Assembly: GCF_036321535.1 (NCBI RefSeq)
Contig: NC_087438.1
Span: forward strand, 9,488,001 to 9,552,000
Direction: 5' to 3'
DNA: 64,000 nucleotides
From: Camelus dromedarius
Taxonomy: Eukaryota
The notes below the pieces were generated by a model, which worked only from the letters and a program-made list of their open reading frames with translations, did no database searches and was not told where the DNA came from. Every line of letters starts with the position of its first letter. The stretch's first letter is position 1. Shown here in pieces: positions 26,512 through 39,589 of the stretch. The position numbers were made by a program, and so were the translations under genes.

Positions 26512-26686
26512 AAAGAACCCTGCTGGAGTTTCCATCATTTTACTATGAGGAATTCGAACTAAAAACTGAAACATTGACATTTACCTGAGTTTCCAGCCTG
26601 CTGGCCTGCTGTACAGATTTCATACTTGTCAGCCCCTACAATCATGTGAGCCAATTCCTTAAACTCGCTTTCTTTCTGTTTCTTGC

Positions 26687-26690
<4 letters not shown>
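26512..26690 (+). mobile_element. MLT2 LTR, 3' part (continuation of 22720-22963)
   Basis: Resumes 'aaccctgctggagtttcc...acctgagtttccagcctgctggcctgc...cagcccctacaatcatgtgagccaattccttaa'. Confidence 0.85.
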
Positions 26691-26718
<28 letters not shown>

Positions 26719-26910
26719 CGCACGTATATATACATACATAGATAAATATATTTACAGATATACAGGTACATTTATATGTATATATAATATTTATATGCAT
26801 ATATGTATATTTATACATTTACTCATAAATATATATACATTTATATGCATGAATGTGTATATATATATATATATATATGCATATATATACAAACACACAT
26901 TTATATATGC
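26687..26910. repeat. (TG)n/(TA)n-derived low-complexity tract
   Basis: Read directly. It explains ORFs 26559-27091. Confidence 0.9.
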
Positions 26911-27599
26911 ATTTTCCTCTCAGAAAGCAGGAATTCAAGTGTAGAAGGGTGGTACTGTCCATCTCTGCCTGGTAGTGCTTCACCATGACCCACCATACAT
27001 TTTTTCTGAAACCTCCCCAGCACAGCCTCTCTTGTAGAAGAGGCCAAGTCAACCCGTCATTGATTTCAAAAACCAGGCCTGGAAGTAACATGCTTCTTTC
27101 CTCTTTTCATAATTGCTAGAAAATATTACAAGCCATTCTTCTGATGCCTTTCTTCCCTTGCAGAGTGGAAGGGAAGTAAGAGTTTTCTTCTCAAGCAATC
27201 AGAGCTGTGCCTGGAACATTGTAGGTGCTCACTGAATATAAGCTGTAAGGATTCATAGGCACTGTACTCTTCCAAAAAATGAGAGGTGGAGGCAAGGGAG
27301 AAGAGGGAAAGAGTGTGAAGATGGAATGATGGTGGCTCAGCTGGCTCTCTCAACTGACACGTCTGTAAACTTCTTGGAAAAGAAATTGGCACAATCACTT
27401 GCAGTACTCAGAACTCAAAATGTGGGATTGTTAGCATCTTTTCTCATCATCCAGGGTCCAAATGGTGAATTCCCAATAAAGAGAATTCCACTCAGTCCCT
27501 AACAATATCAGTTTACACTATTCTCTTACCTAAAAACCAGTTTATAGGACCAGATTATGCACTTGACCATCAAACACTAACATAATATCTTTTAATAGA

Positions 27600-27795
27600 A
27601 AGATTATTTGGGTTGAATTCTAAAGCTCTGGTTTCTAATTCTGTCCATTGCCTTGGATAAATTGCAGGCTACAAGTCTTAGCTTTATTTTATAAAAGAAA
27701 AAGAAGTACCTTGCAATGTTGTTGTGAGAATTAAGCAGATACCATATCTCCAAGAGCTTTCAAAGTACCATACAAGTGGTACCCAAAGCGCTACT
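27600..27795 (+). mobile_element. MIR fragment
   Basis: 'tttgggttgaattct...ccttggataaattg...gttgttgtgagaattaagcagat'. Confidence 0.55.
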
Positions 27796-30123
27796 CCCTT
27801 CCCCTCCATCACACTGAAGGAAAGATTAACTGTTTTGTATTGATCAAAATTTGTGTCTTTGACAATTTTCACAATTCCAGTATAGATTCAAAGGTATTCA
27901 TACTTCTTCCAATCCTGTACAATGACATCATTCTTCAGCCAGACTCAGGATGAGTAAGATCAATATTTTGACAAATAGGATCCCCATTCAAAATGCTATG
28001 AGGCAGGGTTGAATTATAGCCTGCATCCCCTTTTCCCACGTGTACATTTAAGTAACAGGCGATGTATTACATGAGCTGAGTGGATGATTAATTGTCATTA
28101 CTTATAAGGAGACAAGAATTGTCTTTACTGAGGGTACTATTTAAGCACCATTAAAAAAAAAAACAGGTGTTATCTAAAGAAGCAATTAAACCTTTTAGCT
28201 AAATGTTGCCAGAAAGGACAACTTAGCATCAATTACTTAAACAATGTTTTCACTCTTTTAAATACATCTTTCAAATTTTAAAAGGGCAGTATTTTGGTTT
28301 CACAATGAGTCAATTTACTGTGATTAATTCATAGTATGTCAGGAGAACTGCACTAAGTTCCGTTCAAAATTAGTAATTCTTTGAGGGACATTTTGAGATT
28401 TATTGTCATGGAGGCTCTTGCTTGCTAACATGTTCTTTTGAACATTTAATGCCAAAATTAATGTTTCAAGTGCAGTATGATTCAGAAACATCTGCCTAAC
28501 CCATGTTTTAAAACAAAGTAAAATTACCTTTTTGAGTAAAAGAAATATAGGTCCTATTTGCTGGTAATCTTTGGACCTATGTCCCTATAAAAGAAATATG
28601 GTGTTGCTTTCAGACAAGAGTATTAATTAGGCTTCTTAATATTCAAAATCAATTACCAATTCTGTATCTCACACACCAGATAAATAAAGCATATAGTGAT
28701 TTTTCTCTTTGGTGAAAATTACAGAGTATTAAAAGTTCAATTGCCCAAGAAAACTCAAATATGAGTTGTCTCAATATAGGACTTCACCTTTCTTGAGATA
28801 TATTAAAACATACAGTAAGGGATATGGTAATCTACCCTTCTATGCTAAGTTATATCACTATATTAAAATATGAGAAATATATTTCTTCTATGGGTCTAAT
28901 ATTTCCCCTTTGTGCCCAGCACATTAGTAAACTTTCAGCCACTTTTTGTCATGTCAAAATCTCCTCCTGATGGCAGCTTACTTACCCAAAACGTCCTGCT
29001 ATCCCAATTGAAGGAGAACAACACTAACTCTTCCAGAGCTCAGGAATCCAGGTTTATGGTAGACGGATCTTTCTACATCGCAAAGCAAGAATACAAAGGG
29101 GTTAGCCCATCCACAACATGTTAGGGAGAACAGAAAGTTAAACTCCGGGAAATAAACACAAGCATTGAAACTACATGGACACTGAAGAATTTAGAGTTGA
29201 ACTGAGTTGGCTTGCAAACAAGACCAGGTTGGGAATAAAATGAGGAGGATACAGGTGAGTAATGAAGGCCTATTCCCAGCTCCTGTTAGAGTTCCTGGTA
29301 CATGATGAGGGCTCAGTAAATATTTGATGAGTGAAGGAGGGAATGAAAGTATAAGTGAATGAGTGGAAGTTCAACTGGCTAAAAATGTGATGGTTATTCC
29401 CATCTAGAGCTTTATTCACCTGGTCACATCGTATAAACACACAATCAGAAAAAATAAAAGCAACAACACTGGGTAACCACCTACTGCGTTTGGAATCATT
29501 CCTTTTGAGTCTTTTTGTGACAGAACACCCTGTTTTTCAGCCTCTGTTTTTAGGTTCTCTTTTAGGCTTTGTTAGCCAGAGTCCTGGCCAATGCTGCCAG
29601 ATTCTCAAACCCAGCTTGTTTAGCTTCAGTCTGTGTCCCTGAAAATCAGTGTCCTATTGCATTTGTGTAACACCAAAACATGGCAACTTCCTTTCTGGGA
29701 AATCCTGACCCTGCTTTCCTCCTAACTTTTACCTGAGCATCTTTTCCTTTATCTTTAATGTCTCCTCCTACTTCAATTTCCAGAAAGTTCTCCCCCTTGT
29801 AAACCTTGGTTTATAAGGAACTGCTGGCAGATAAGTTTCAAGAGTACGAAAGAGCCACTCCAGCCCCTTATGCTCATCCGACCACTGACTTCTTGCTTTC
29901 CCCAGCTACTGGAAAAGGTAGCTCTCCTCCCAAGTTCAGCTGCTGCTGTAAAATCCACCTGCTGCACTTCCAATACCTGTTGGTTATTTTGTGATTTTTC
30001 TGTTCCCATGATCATCATGTGCTACCTCGTCTTCCTCACATATGCATGCCAACACCATACAGGACTTGGGGCTGCCACTAATCTGTCCCTACTCATTTGT
30101 ATCTTTGGGGTTCATAGTGTTAT

Positions 30124-30711
30124 GTTGTATAGAATATGATACTTTTCAAAGATGGCTGCAACAGTATCTATCTGTCTAAATGCTCACGTTACAACATAGC
30201 ATTGACACCATTCCTCCTGAGAGGCAGGGTCTATGTCCTCTCTCCTTGAAGCAGGACTGGCTTTTCTAACTGAATTTTTAAGTAGAAGATGGCAGAAATG
30301 TCACTACTGTCTTCTGAAGCTAGGCCATGAAGGACCGTAAGGTTTCTGCCTTGCTGGATGCAATACTCTTGAAGCCTTTAGCAGGAACATAAGTACATCG
30401 TCTGACTTCCCAGAGAATATCATGCTCTGAGGAAACCCAATCTAACCCACTTAAAGAGACTACATGAAATGACCCTGACACCACATGAAGAGAGCAACTT
30501 GCCTGCCGAGTCCTTAGCTGCTTCAGCACCTCACTGGTCCAGATCTAGCCATCATCTGACTGCAACCTCATGAGAGACCCCAAGCCAGAACTACCCAACT
30601 GAGAGGTTTCCAAATTTCTGGTCTACAGACATAACCAGGGATAATAAAATATGGCTATTAAGCCACTTCGTTTTGGGGCAATTTGTTATGCAGCAAGTGA
30701 TAACTAAAACA
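30124..30711 (+). mobile_element. MaLR solo LTR (MLT1F-like)
   Basis: 'ttttcaaagatggctgcaaca', 'tgactgcaacctcatgagagaccccaagccagaac', and the terminus 'aagccacttcgttttggggcaatttgttatgcagcaagtgataactaaaaca'. Confidence 0.85.
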
Positions 30712-31469
30712 CCTTGTCACCTAGTTTTGTTGTAAATATTGGCCATGGGCTTTTGAACGTGCTATGTTTTATTAGTTTTACATGGAGACTTGAAAAGATT
30801 GTAAAACTGTGCTACCACAGCTACTCTCTTCCCAGAATCCCCGTCAGAGAATTTTTAAGAAGTTGTTAAGGGTGATGTTAATGTCCAGCCTGATTTGAGA
30901 ACCACTTGCTTAACATAACCTGGCTTGAATACCCAACTCTCCATCTGGGCTTTTCTCTTGGTTTATGTGACCTGATTGCTCTACGATGCACCATGAAGTG
31001 AGAGAAATTGAGCTGATCAGCAGTAGAGTAGACTTACACACCTCCTTGCAGTGCTTCTGCAAATTTACCTGCTGAGAATTTGATTGGTACTCAGCATAAT
31101 TTCTGTGGGCCATGATTGGCCTCTCCTAGTCAATTTTCTTCCCATTGTTTTGTAGCTGATGGATATCTCAAGTGAATTAATGGGGGTGAAATCCATAAAT
31201 GATAATATAAATGTTTTCTCTTCTATATACATATTTACAGTGGCTAGTTTCTTGTGTATTTAAAACTATTACACTATTTATAAGTCACATTGATATGATA
31301 AATGAGTTATCTTGTGCAGAATGTTTCTAAGTCCAAAAAAATTGACAATAGTTATGGGAAATTGTCATATCTTGCAATTCAACTAAGTGGGATAATTTGT
31401 ATTTTTTCCCTAAGTATTCACTTCTTTTCTCATCATGAACAGAGTATACTTTATCATGTTATTTATGTT

Positions 31470-31840
31470 TAGTCTGATCCTACAACTATTATGGCCAATG
31501 GAATGTTCCTAGACATGGCATCAGCAGAGGCCTCACAGAGCTCTGGTTTTACCTTCCATTCCCATGAGCCCCCCAAGCAGATCTTGCACCAGGTGATCAT
31601 TGCCCCTTCAACCTGGACCCCACAACAAACACCTGCATAGCAAGCGTGACTCAACCCACTGCTTGGATCCAAGCCCAGCCAACCCACATCTTGAAGCTGA
31701 GCCACCCATCCTAGATTAGCCAAACTGCAGTTCCTCTGCAGAGCTGTCAGCATAATAATGAATGTTTGTTTGGGGGACCGCTGAGTCTTTGCATAATTTG
31801 TTAATTAATGTTGTTATGGGAGCATTTGACCAAAATACCA
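31470..31840 (+). mobile_element. Old MaLR LTR (MLT1J/K/L-like)
   Basis: 'ttatggccaatggaatgtt', 'agcccagccaaccc', 'gcataataatgaatgtttgtt...tttgtta'. Confidence 0.5.
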
Positions 31841-31874
31841 GGTATAGTCAGATCATAGTTAATTGGATATAGAC

Positions 31875-32062
31875 CAAACCAGCAAACTACAGCCCACAGG
31901 CCAAACCCACTCTGAGGCTAGTTTTTATAAATAGCTTTATTTTTGTATTGTCTATGGCTGCTTTTATGCCTCAGTGGCAGAGTATATTAATTATGACAGA
32001 CAGTACACAAAACTTAAAATATTTACTGTCTGGGTCTTTACAGAAAATGTTGGTCAACTAAA
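31875..32062 (+). mobile_element. MER58A (hAT-Charlie)
   Basis: 'cagcaaactacagcccacaggccaaa...aaaatatttactgtctgggtctttacagaaaatgttggtcaac'. Confidence 0.75.
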
Positions 32063-32184
32063 AATAGAAGAATCATTCATACATGGAGTGATTAGAACTA
32101 AGCTCACCTATTCAGAAAATACAGGTGCTGGAAGAGAACCCAGTAGGGGTTTAGGGGAAGTTTATTGTGGCAAAGAACAGCTCT

Positions 32185-32628
32185 GATAGGTTTACCTTTG
32201 GTCCCAGTTCATTTCTCCCTGCATCTACTTTCTTTGCTTGCTGACTTTGCAGTTCTTCCCACTAAAGGTAGAGAGAATACTCCTTTGCCCCTTAGCTTTG
32301 GCCATGTGACTTGCTTTTGCCAATAAAATGAACACTGGGTGACTGGTACCGAAAGTGTCCATGCTAAGCCTAGAGTGTAAGAGTCTTGTTATCTTTCTTC
32401 TGGCCCTCTTGCTTGGCCCTCATCTTACCCAGCTAGCCTGCTGAGCCAAGGGAGAAGGTAAGAGACACATGTAAGCAAAGCTTCCCCAGCTAAGGTAAGG
32501 CTGCGCCTTAGATCAAATGAGCACCCATTGCATCAGATGTGTGTGAGGCAAACAAATAGATACAGCTACATGCTACTGAGCTTTTATTGTGCTTTATTGT
32601 AGCATCATTACAGCCACAATTAATTGAT
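32185..32628 (+). mobile_element. MaLR LTR (MLT1I-like)
   Basis: 'actttgcagttcttcccactaaagg', 'ggccatgtgacttgctttt', 'atgctactgagcttt...ttgtagcatcattacagc'. Confidence 0.65.
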
Positions 32629-33105
32629 TGTACTAGGCAAAATTTTAAGATGGCTTCTAAGATTTTGCACACCCTGGTATACACACACTGCATAATTCCA
32701 GACTCTGAATATGACTCATTTTATTTCTGCAGTTAGATTATATTATATGGTACAGTTGTCATTAAGAAAGTAGGTTATGTGCATAGTACTAACCTAAGCA
32801 TGTGAGTCCTTTAAGTCTGGATCTAGGAGTCGGTGTTTGGAAACACAAGAAGGATCTGATGTGTTGTTACCGGCTTGAAGATGGAGGGAGCCAAGTGGCA
32901 AGAAAGGCAGGTGGTCTCTAGAAGCTGAAAGTGGTCCCCTGACTGACAGCCAACAAGGAAACAGGGACTTCAGCCTTGGAACCACAAGGAACTGGATTCT
33001 GCCAACAACTTGAAGGAGCTTAGAAGCAAATTTTTCACCAGAGCCTTAACATCAGGACTTAGCAAAGATAACACCTTGATTTCAACTTTTGTAATATCCT
33101 GAATC
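32628..33105 (+). mobile_element. MaLR LTR (MLT1E-like), 3'-incomplete
   Basis: 'ggcttgaagatggagggagcc...tctagaagctgaaagtggtcccctgactgacagccaacaaggaaacagggacttcag...aactggattctgccaacaacttgaa'. Confidence 0.8.
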
Positions 33106-33545
33106 CATAGTAAATACCCATCTGTTTTTAAATTATTTTAATAACACCATTAGTAGCTTGTCATCCAATTCAGTCATCAGTGTTGAAGCAGACAAACAGA
33201 CAACGAAGTAATGATTAACTCTAGAATGTCCAACAAATGTTTGATGAACAACTTAATTAATTACTGCATCTGGGAGCTTGAAAGTAGTTCTGAGCCTTCA
33301 AAAGGCGATAATGTCTGCCTCTGGGAAGCAAAAGGGATGAAGTGCCTAGAATCTAGCCTGTGGTTATAGGAAATGAGAGTGTTACTTGATGATATAATTG
33401 GAGTCCATACTCTGGAGAATTATAACTGCAAACTTCAACATAACTGTATCTCTCATATAATACATCTCAGTTAATTTTATTCAACAGTAAGAATACTGGA
33501 TTACAATGGAAATATTTATTTCCAAGATTCTATTTATAAGACAGA

Positions 33546-33945
33546 GCTATAGGTTAAATTTTATCTCCCCTCACCTCAAATTTCATGTTAAAGTCCTAAC
33601 CCCCAAGACCTCAAATGTAACTATATTTGAAGACAGGATTTTTAAGAGGTCATTAAGTTAAAAATGAGGTCATTAGCACGGCACTAATCCAGTATGACAG
33701 GTGTCCTTCAAAGAGGAGGAGATCAGGACACATACGCACACTGAAGGAAGACCACGCCACCACAGGAGAAGATGGCCATCTACAAGCCGAAGAGAGAGGA
33801 CTTGGAAGGAATCGACCCAGTTGGCACCATGGTCTCAGACTTCTAGCCTCCTGAACTGTGAGGAAATAAACTTCTCTTATTTAAACTGCCTGTTTAAGCC
33901 ACCTGGTCCATGATGCTCTGTTAAGGCTGCCGGAGCAAACTACAC
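33546..33945 (+). mobile_element. MaLR solo LTR (MLT1B-like)
   Basis: 'aagtcctaaccccc...aagttaaaaatgaggtcatt...ctaatccagtatgacaggtgtcctt...gaagatggccatctacaagcc...agcaaactacaca'. Confidence 0.85.
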
Positions 33946-35059
33946 AGACTCAATTCAAGTGTATGTTAGTCTAATTTGGAGAATTTTCACCTGATTAAAA
34001 AAATACAGCTTTCCATTCTAATGGTAATGCCTCATGGATCCTTTCCAAGAACTCAACTTTAGAATGCTGAAATCTCTCATATTTCAACTTGAATCTGCCT
34101 GCATGGTAAAACTCTGCCTCCAGAAAGTTTCAGGCTCTTATGTTTAGAGCCAGACAGCACCCCTCGGCTGCATGTGGCCTGGTGTAAGAGATCTCGGACT
34201 GCGTCAAATATACTGAACAATGCTTCAGTCATTTAAATATACGCATGAATGTATTACATGAATATCAAAAATGGAGCTTCCTTGTCATGCCGTAAACTAA
34301 TGGTTTTCATCATTTTCACATAACAGCCTCACACAAAGAAATCTGTTTTCCAATCTAAGTGTCATATGATTAGCATATAGCATTTGTAATCAGTTCTTTT
34401 TGCGTTCCTTTACTGAACTATATTTGCCATCTGCAGGCTCACTAAAAAGTCATCAGTCCTTTCAGCCAGGCTACATTGCACTTTGGTCTTGACATCACTT
34501 TGAAACACTGACGATACAAATATTCTGTTTTGAATGCTATTGAATAAATCATTATGCGGGGGTCCAGGCATTTGCCAGGTTTGAGGTACTTTGCCGAAAT
34601 TCTCGATAACTGGAAATATATGACTTTGTGTCCAACTCAATCAGATTCTTTGGTCCATGAGTCAGTGATTATTGATATGCTGATGAGCAAGGTTGAGAAG
34701 AAATATGTTAGACTGGAAGCAGACTCTTCCATTTAAGTCTCTCAACAATAGTGAGGTACATGAGGAAGGTCAGGAAGCTGAAGCCCAGGAAATAATGAGA
34801 CCAAGTAAAAAGCTGAGACAAGAACACAAGGATGTTCAATGGCAAAGTTCACATCTTTGTTTTTCTGTGCCTTGAGTTCATGTCTATAAAACTGGTAATG
34901 TAAAGATGTTGGACTGAGGTCTTATCCAATCTAATGTTGGAAGATTTCAGCATTCAGAGATTAGGAGAGGGTCAAAATAAAAAATACACATACTGTTGAG
35001 GTTATGATCCAATACCTGGATCTCCGTGATAGCATATTTGTAAAACCCAGGCCCTGTAA

Positions 35060-35175
35060 GATCAGGCAGACCTATGCTCAAGTCCTGAATCTGTTACTCT
35101 GTTATTAACTGAGTTTGAACAAGTTTCCAGTATCTCTCAGTTGCAATTTCCTCATCTATAAAATGGGGATGATTG
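35060..35175 (+). mobile_element. MIR fragment
   Basis: 'tcaggcagacct...caagtcctgaatctgttact...tttcctcatctataaaatggggat'. Confidence 0.6.
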
Positions 35176-37223
35176 GCCAAGATTATGGTCTTTATTAGCC
35201 TAATATTTCAGACCGTGGAAATTGGGAAAATCTGTAACTAAAAAGTAATCAGGAAAACCTATATCATGGGATTAATTTGTAAAAAAAAAAAAAAAACTCC
35301 TTGCTGTGTCCTATCCCTTGGTTGATGATGTTTGTTGCCTCCATTTTCTGGATTATTCTGAAAATAGGATCTAAAATATCATTGACCATAAAGAAACCCT
35401 AATCTAGCAAATATTGAGAAATCTCAGAAGAAAATATCTGTATAAATTTGGAGTTGGCATGATTAAGAAAGACAAAGTATAAAATATCAAATATATGTCA
35501 GTAAATTAGCCATCTTTGATGGATTATAGCTAGTGCAAAAAAATGAGATATTTACTTAATGATTTGCTTTAAAGTGTTAACAAACTATCTTGAAATCTTG
35601 AAAAATGGGGATGATAATAGTCCATGCTTCATGGTATTTTTTAAATATTAAATTAGATAATTCGCTTAAGTCCTTGTAAATATAATGTGTGTGATAATAT
35701 TAAATGTTATTGTATTATTACTTTTCTTATGCCCCTCTGTTAATAATACTGATGAGGGATGGCATGCAGACAGAATTAAATATTGTTTAGGCACCATTTT
35801 ATAAGGAATTTTGTTTACCCTTGGTTTTAGTTTACTGGTTCAAAAGACAATGATTTTACCCAGCTCAGGTCTCCTCATAAACAATACACAGGGCAACCTA
35901 CTATTCTATTGTAGGGCTTATAAAGACAGAGAGATATTAGTCAAAAATGAACTCATTCTATGGAATTCAATATACATAATGATCTAACCATCCAATGCAA
36001 TTAAATATCGAGAGATACAGGTAGACATATGTACATGGTCACAGGAACTATAGTTAATGGGCACATGATGGTGCAGAGTGGTTCTGAAGCTAATCAGAAA
36101 TTCATGCCAATTACTTTATTAGAAAGCCCTTGATCACGAAAGGAGAGGGTAAAATCTCCGTTCTTCAGATATTGGTTTCTGCATCATCCTCTGATTTCAT
36201 GACTGCAGCCAACACTAAAACATCTATGTGAGTCACCTTACTTAATGCAGAATTAGTCACTTCCAAAATGAGAAATTGCACACCAATGGCAAAGAATCCG
36301 AGGTCCCCTGGTCTTATCCTGCTCACACATGTTCAGATTCACTTCTCTGGCTCTAGACAGTTCTCTGCTTTCTCTTTCATATGTCTCATATATTCAGGGA
36401 AGCACTGGTATCAGGGAAGGCGGGTGTCACTCTCCAACACTGGGCACTCATGCTGTGGATTTGTTGTTAACAAAACCTACTATAAAAACACCTAGAAAAA
36501 ATATCTACTATGTTTTTCTTGTTGCCTTTAGACAGGAGAAAGGATAACTTTGAACCCAGGAAATATTAGCACATTATTCATATAACCTTTGCTTCCTGGT
36601 GCTCCATCTCTTTCAAAGTCACCCTCCCTCAGTAGCTGCAGGAACTCAGTTTAAAGATTATCCATTGGCTGTCAAAGCAGGAATTTTACTCTGTTACTTT
36701 TTCTATGGCCAGTTACATATCAATTGTTCTGTATCTCTCTGTGTCAATCTTTTGTTTACGCTTGCTTTTCTTTAAATAAAATTTTTGTTCTAAAGTTTAA
36801 TGGTAAGATCCAAGGTGCCACTTTCCATTTAGTGCCTTCAAAGAACTAAGCCAGTGATGGCTGAGCTGTGCTGTCCTGCCATAACAGGACTACAACAGTG
36901 AGTATCCATAACCGTCTTTTCAGCCTGACCCAACCTGAACACAGTTACCTGAAATAGTCTGCAAGCTTGCTTGATTTACAGCAAATTATACCCATAGCTT
37001 CCCTTCAATGTACCCATCTAGACCACTGCAAGGCACCCACTCATTTATACTGAGGTGTATTAAACACTGCCAATGTCTCTAGATTAGGGTGCATTAAAAA
37101 AAATAGTAGAAACTTTAAACAAAGTTAGCTAGAAGCCAGTTGGAATGATGTTCTGTAGTTCTTTTATTCTCTGCTCAAAACAGTGTAAGCAAATTTACAT
37201 ATTATCACACTGATTTTATTTCT

Positions 37224-37746
37224 TGTAATAGTTTTCCATTGCTGCTCTAATAAATTATTACAAACTTTTGGTTTAAAACAACACAAATTTGTTCTCGTTT
37301 TTATTTTTTTACAGTTCTGGAGATGAAAAGTCTGAAATGAGTCTCACTGGGCTAAAATCAAGGTGTTGACAGGGTTCATCCTTTCTGGAAGCTCTGGAGG
37401 AATCTGTTTCCTTGCCTTCCGTATCTCGTAAAGATTACCCGCATCCCTTGGCTCACGACCCTTCTCCAGTTTCAAAGCCAGTAACATTGGGCTTTCTAGT
37501 CCCTCTCAGGCCTCTGCCTCTAGTTATTTTCTGCCTATCTCTTCCCCTTTTAAGGACCTTTGTGTTCACATGGGACTAACCCAAATAATCCAGGACAATC
37601 TCACAATCTTCCTATTTTAAAGTCAGCTGATTAGCGGACAATCTTATCTGCAACCTTAACTCCCCTTTGCCTTGTAATCTAGCAATTGCATAGGTTCTGG
37701 GGATCAGGATGTGAGCATCTTTGGGAGCCATTATTCTGCCTACCGT
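37224..37746 (-). mobile_element. MaLR solo LTR (MLT1D-like)
   Basis: 'acagttctggagatgaaaagtctgaaatgagtctcactgggctaaaatcaaggtgttgacaggg', ending 'ctttgggagccattattctgcctaccg'. Confidence 0.85.
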
Positions 37747-39589
37747 ACCTTTTTATGTGTGTGATTAATTATTTCAAAAGTTTAAGTAGTTTTGACACCC
37801 AGTTCTAAGGAGAAGCAGACCCAAAGAGTTTTATCTAAAATGAACAAACTATTTCAAAAAATCAGTGCAGGGAGGCCTGGCTCCCTTTATCATTGCCTTT
37901 GGATAGAAATGATCTATGGAGATGAAGTCAAGACATAATTTCATTTCCCCAATGACAGTGGATCCAACAAGCCAAATGCTCACTCCCCATAGCAATATGA
38001 AGTATCAAACTATCATAATTATCTGAAAATGTTTTCTCAAAGGAACTTTGCAAAGTTATAATTATTGTAACTTTTTATTAATCTAATTGCACTAATGTGA
38101 CATTCTTTTTTCTTAAGAAAGTAACAGTAAGTTTTAGTGTGACTTGCTTGAGAATAATAGCTTGTCAAATCTTATTTCTATCTTTTTTCAAGAAAAAAAA
38201 AATTTTAAACACTTTAATGAGAATTGAGTTTTCAGGGAATAAGTAAGACTCGACTCTATAAGGTAGACTTTGAGTGAGGCTCTCCCAACACATTAAAAAA
38301 AAAAAAAAAAAGAACTTTTAAAATACCCTAAAATTAGTACAGTCCATCTGAATGATAGTACATATCATCACATAAAACCTATTGGCAGAGACTCAGGTTT
38401 TTTAAAAAATCATAAGTTACATAACATTTAAAAAGCTTTACTTACTGGGAAACTTTAATTTTGAAGATAAACAGGAAATTGCAAATCATATTAAAATACC
38501 AAGGATTGCAAGTCTAATTCAGACCATAAGCACGTGAAATTCAAATGTGGCACTGCTCATCACTCTTTGTGCGTTCTATATAAAGTGTTGTCACAGAAGC
38601 TTCTTGGTCTGAGGAGAAATTCAGAAGATTTGAAACTAAACAAACACTTGCTTACTTACCAACTTCCACCCTGAAGGAGTACAGTCTGGCTAATGAATTT
38701 GTCCTCAGCATTCAACAAGATCCTGAAAGTCAAAATAGTGGTCTTGCTCTCATTAATACCTTGTTCCTCAATTGGAAGCACACACAGGAAATATTGTCCT
38801 GATATCTACTGGAATTTTTTTACATTAAAGTAAAACCTACAGAAGGATAGGTGGCATATCTAGAAAAAAATGTTTGTACCATCTTCCTACCCATAATGCA
38901 TGGGGTGATAGGACCCTCTCACTTCCCCCTCAGCACCTACTTCATCCATGCCTGATATCTGCCCAAAACAAACATGTGTCTTTGAGCAAGTATTGTCCTC
39001 TAGAGAGTGCCCTTTTTAAAATGAAATATTCCTGAGATTAATGATACGATCACAAGATAAATTATAATAATGATAATAAATTCATAATAATAACAATTAA
39101 AATTTGCTGAGTGGTTACCATTTAACTGGCACCGTGTTAACACACAAACCACGCCATCAGGGCTTCCCTATTTTTCCTGTGAAGCAGGTTCCATTAAGGC
39201 TCTTGGTTACAAACAAAAGAAATCAATCTGATTGGTGTAAGTAAGAAAGTAACGTTCATAGAAACCACCCCAGGGAGAGTACAACTAAAATTGCTTGGTA
39301 AAACTTTTTTTTAAAAAAAGCATATTTTAAAAGTATTAATGAGCTGGTTGGAAGTAACACAGGATAAATTCATAGGTACCTGATCATTAAGAGTTACAGT
39401 TTGTGACCAGATTTCTGGTGATCTATAGTGACATAAAGATTGTCTGTGAAGGGACCCAGGAAAGAAAAGAAATGAAAAAAGGAGAAAAAAAGAAAGAGAA
39501 AAGAGACAGAGAGAGAGAGGAAGAAAGCAAGGAAGCAAGGAAGGAAGGGGAGAAAAAGGTATAAGAATTAGAAAAGAAATATAACACTT

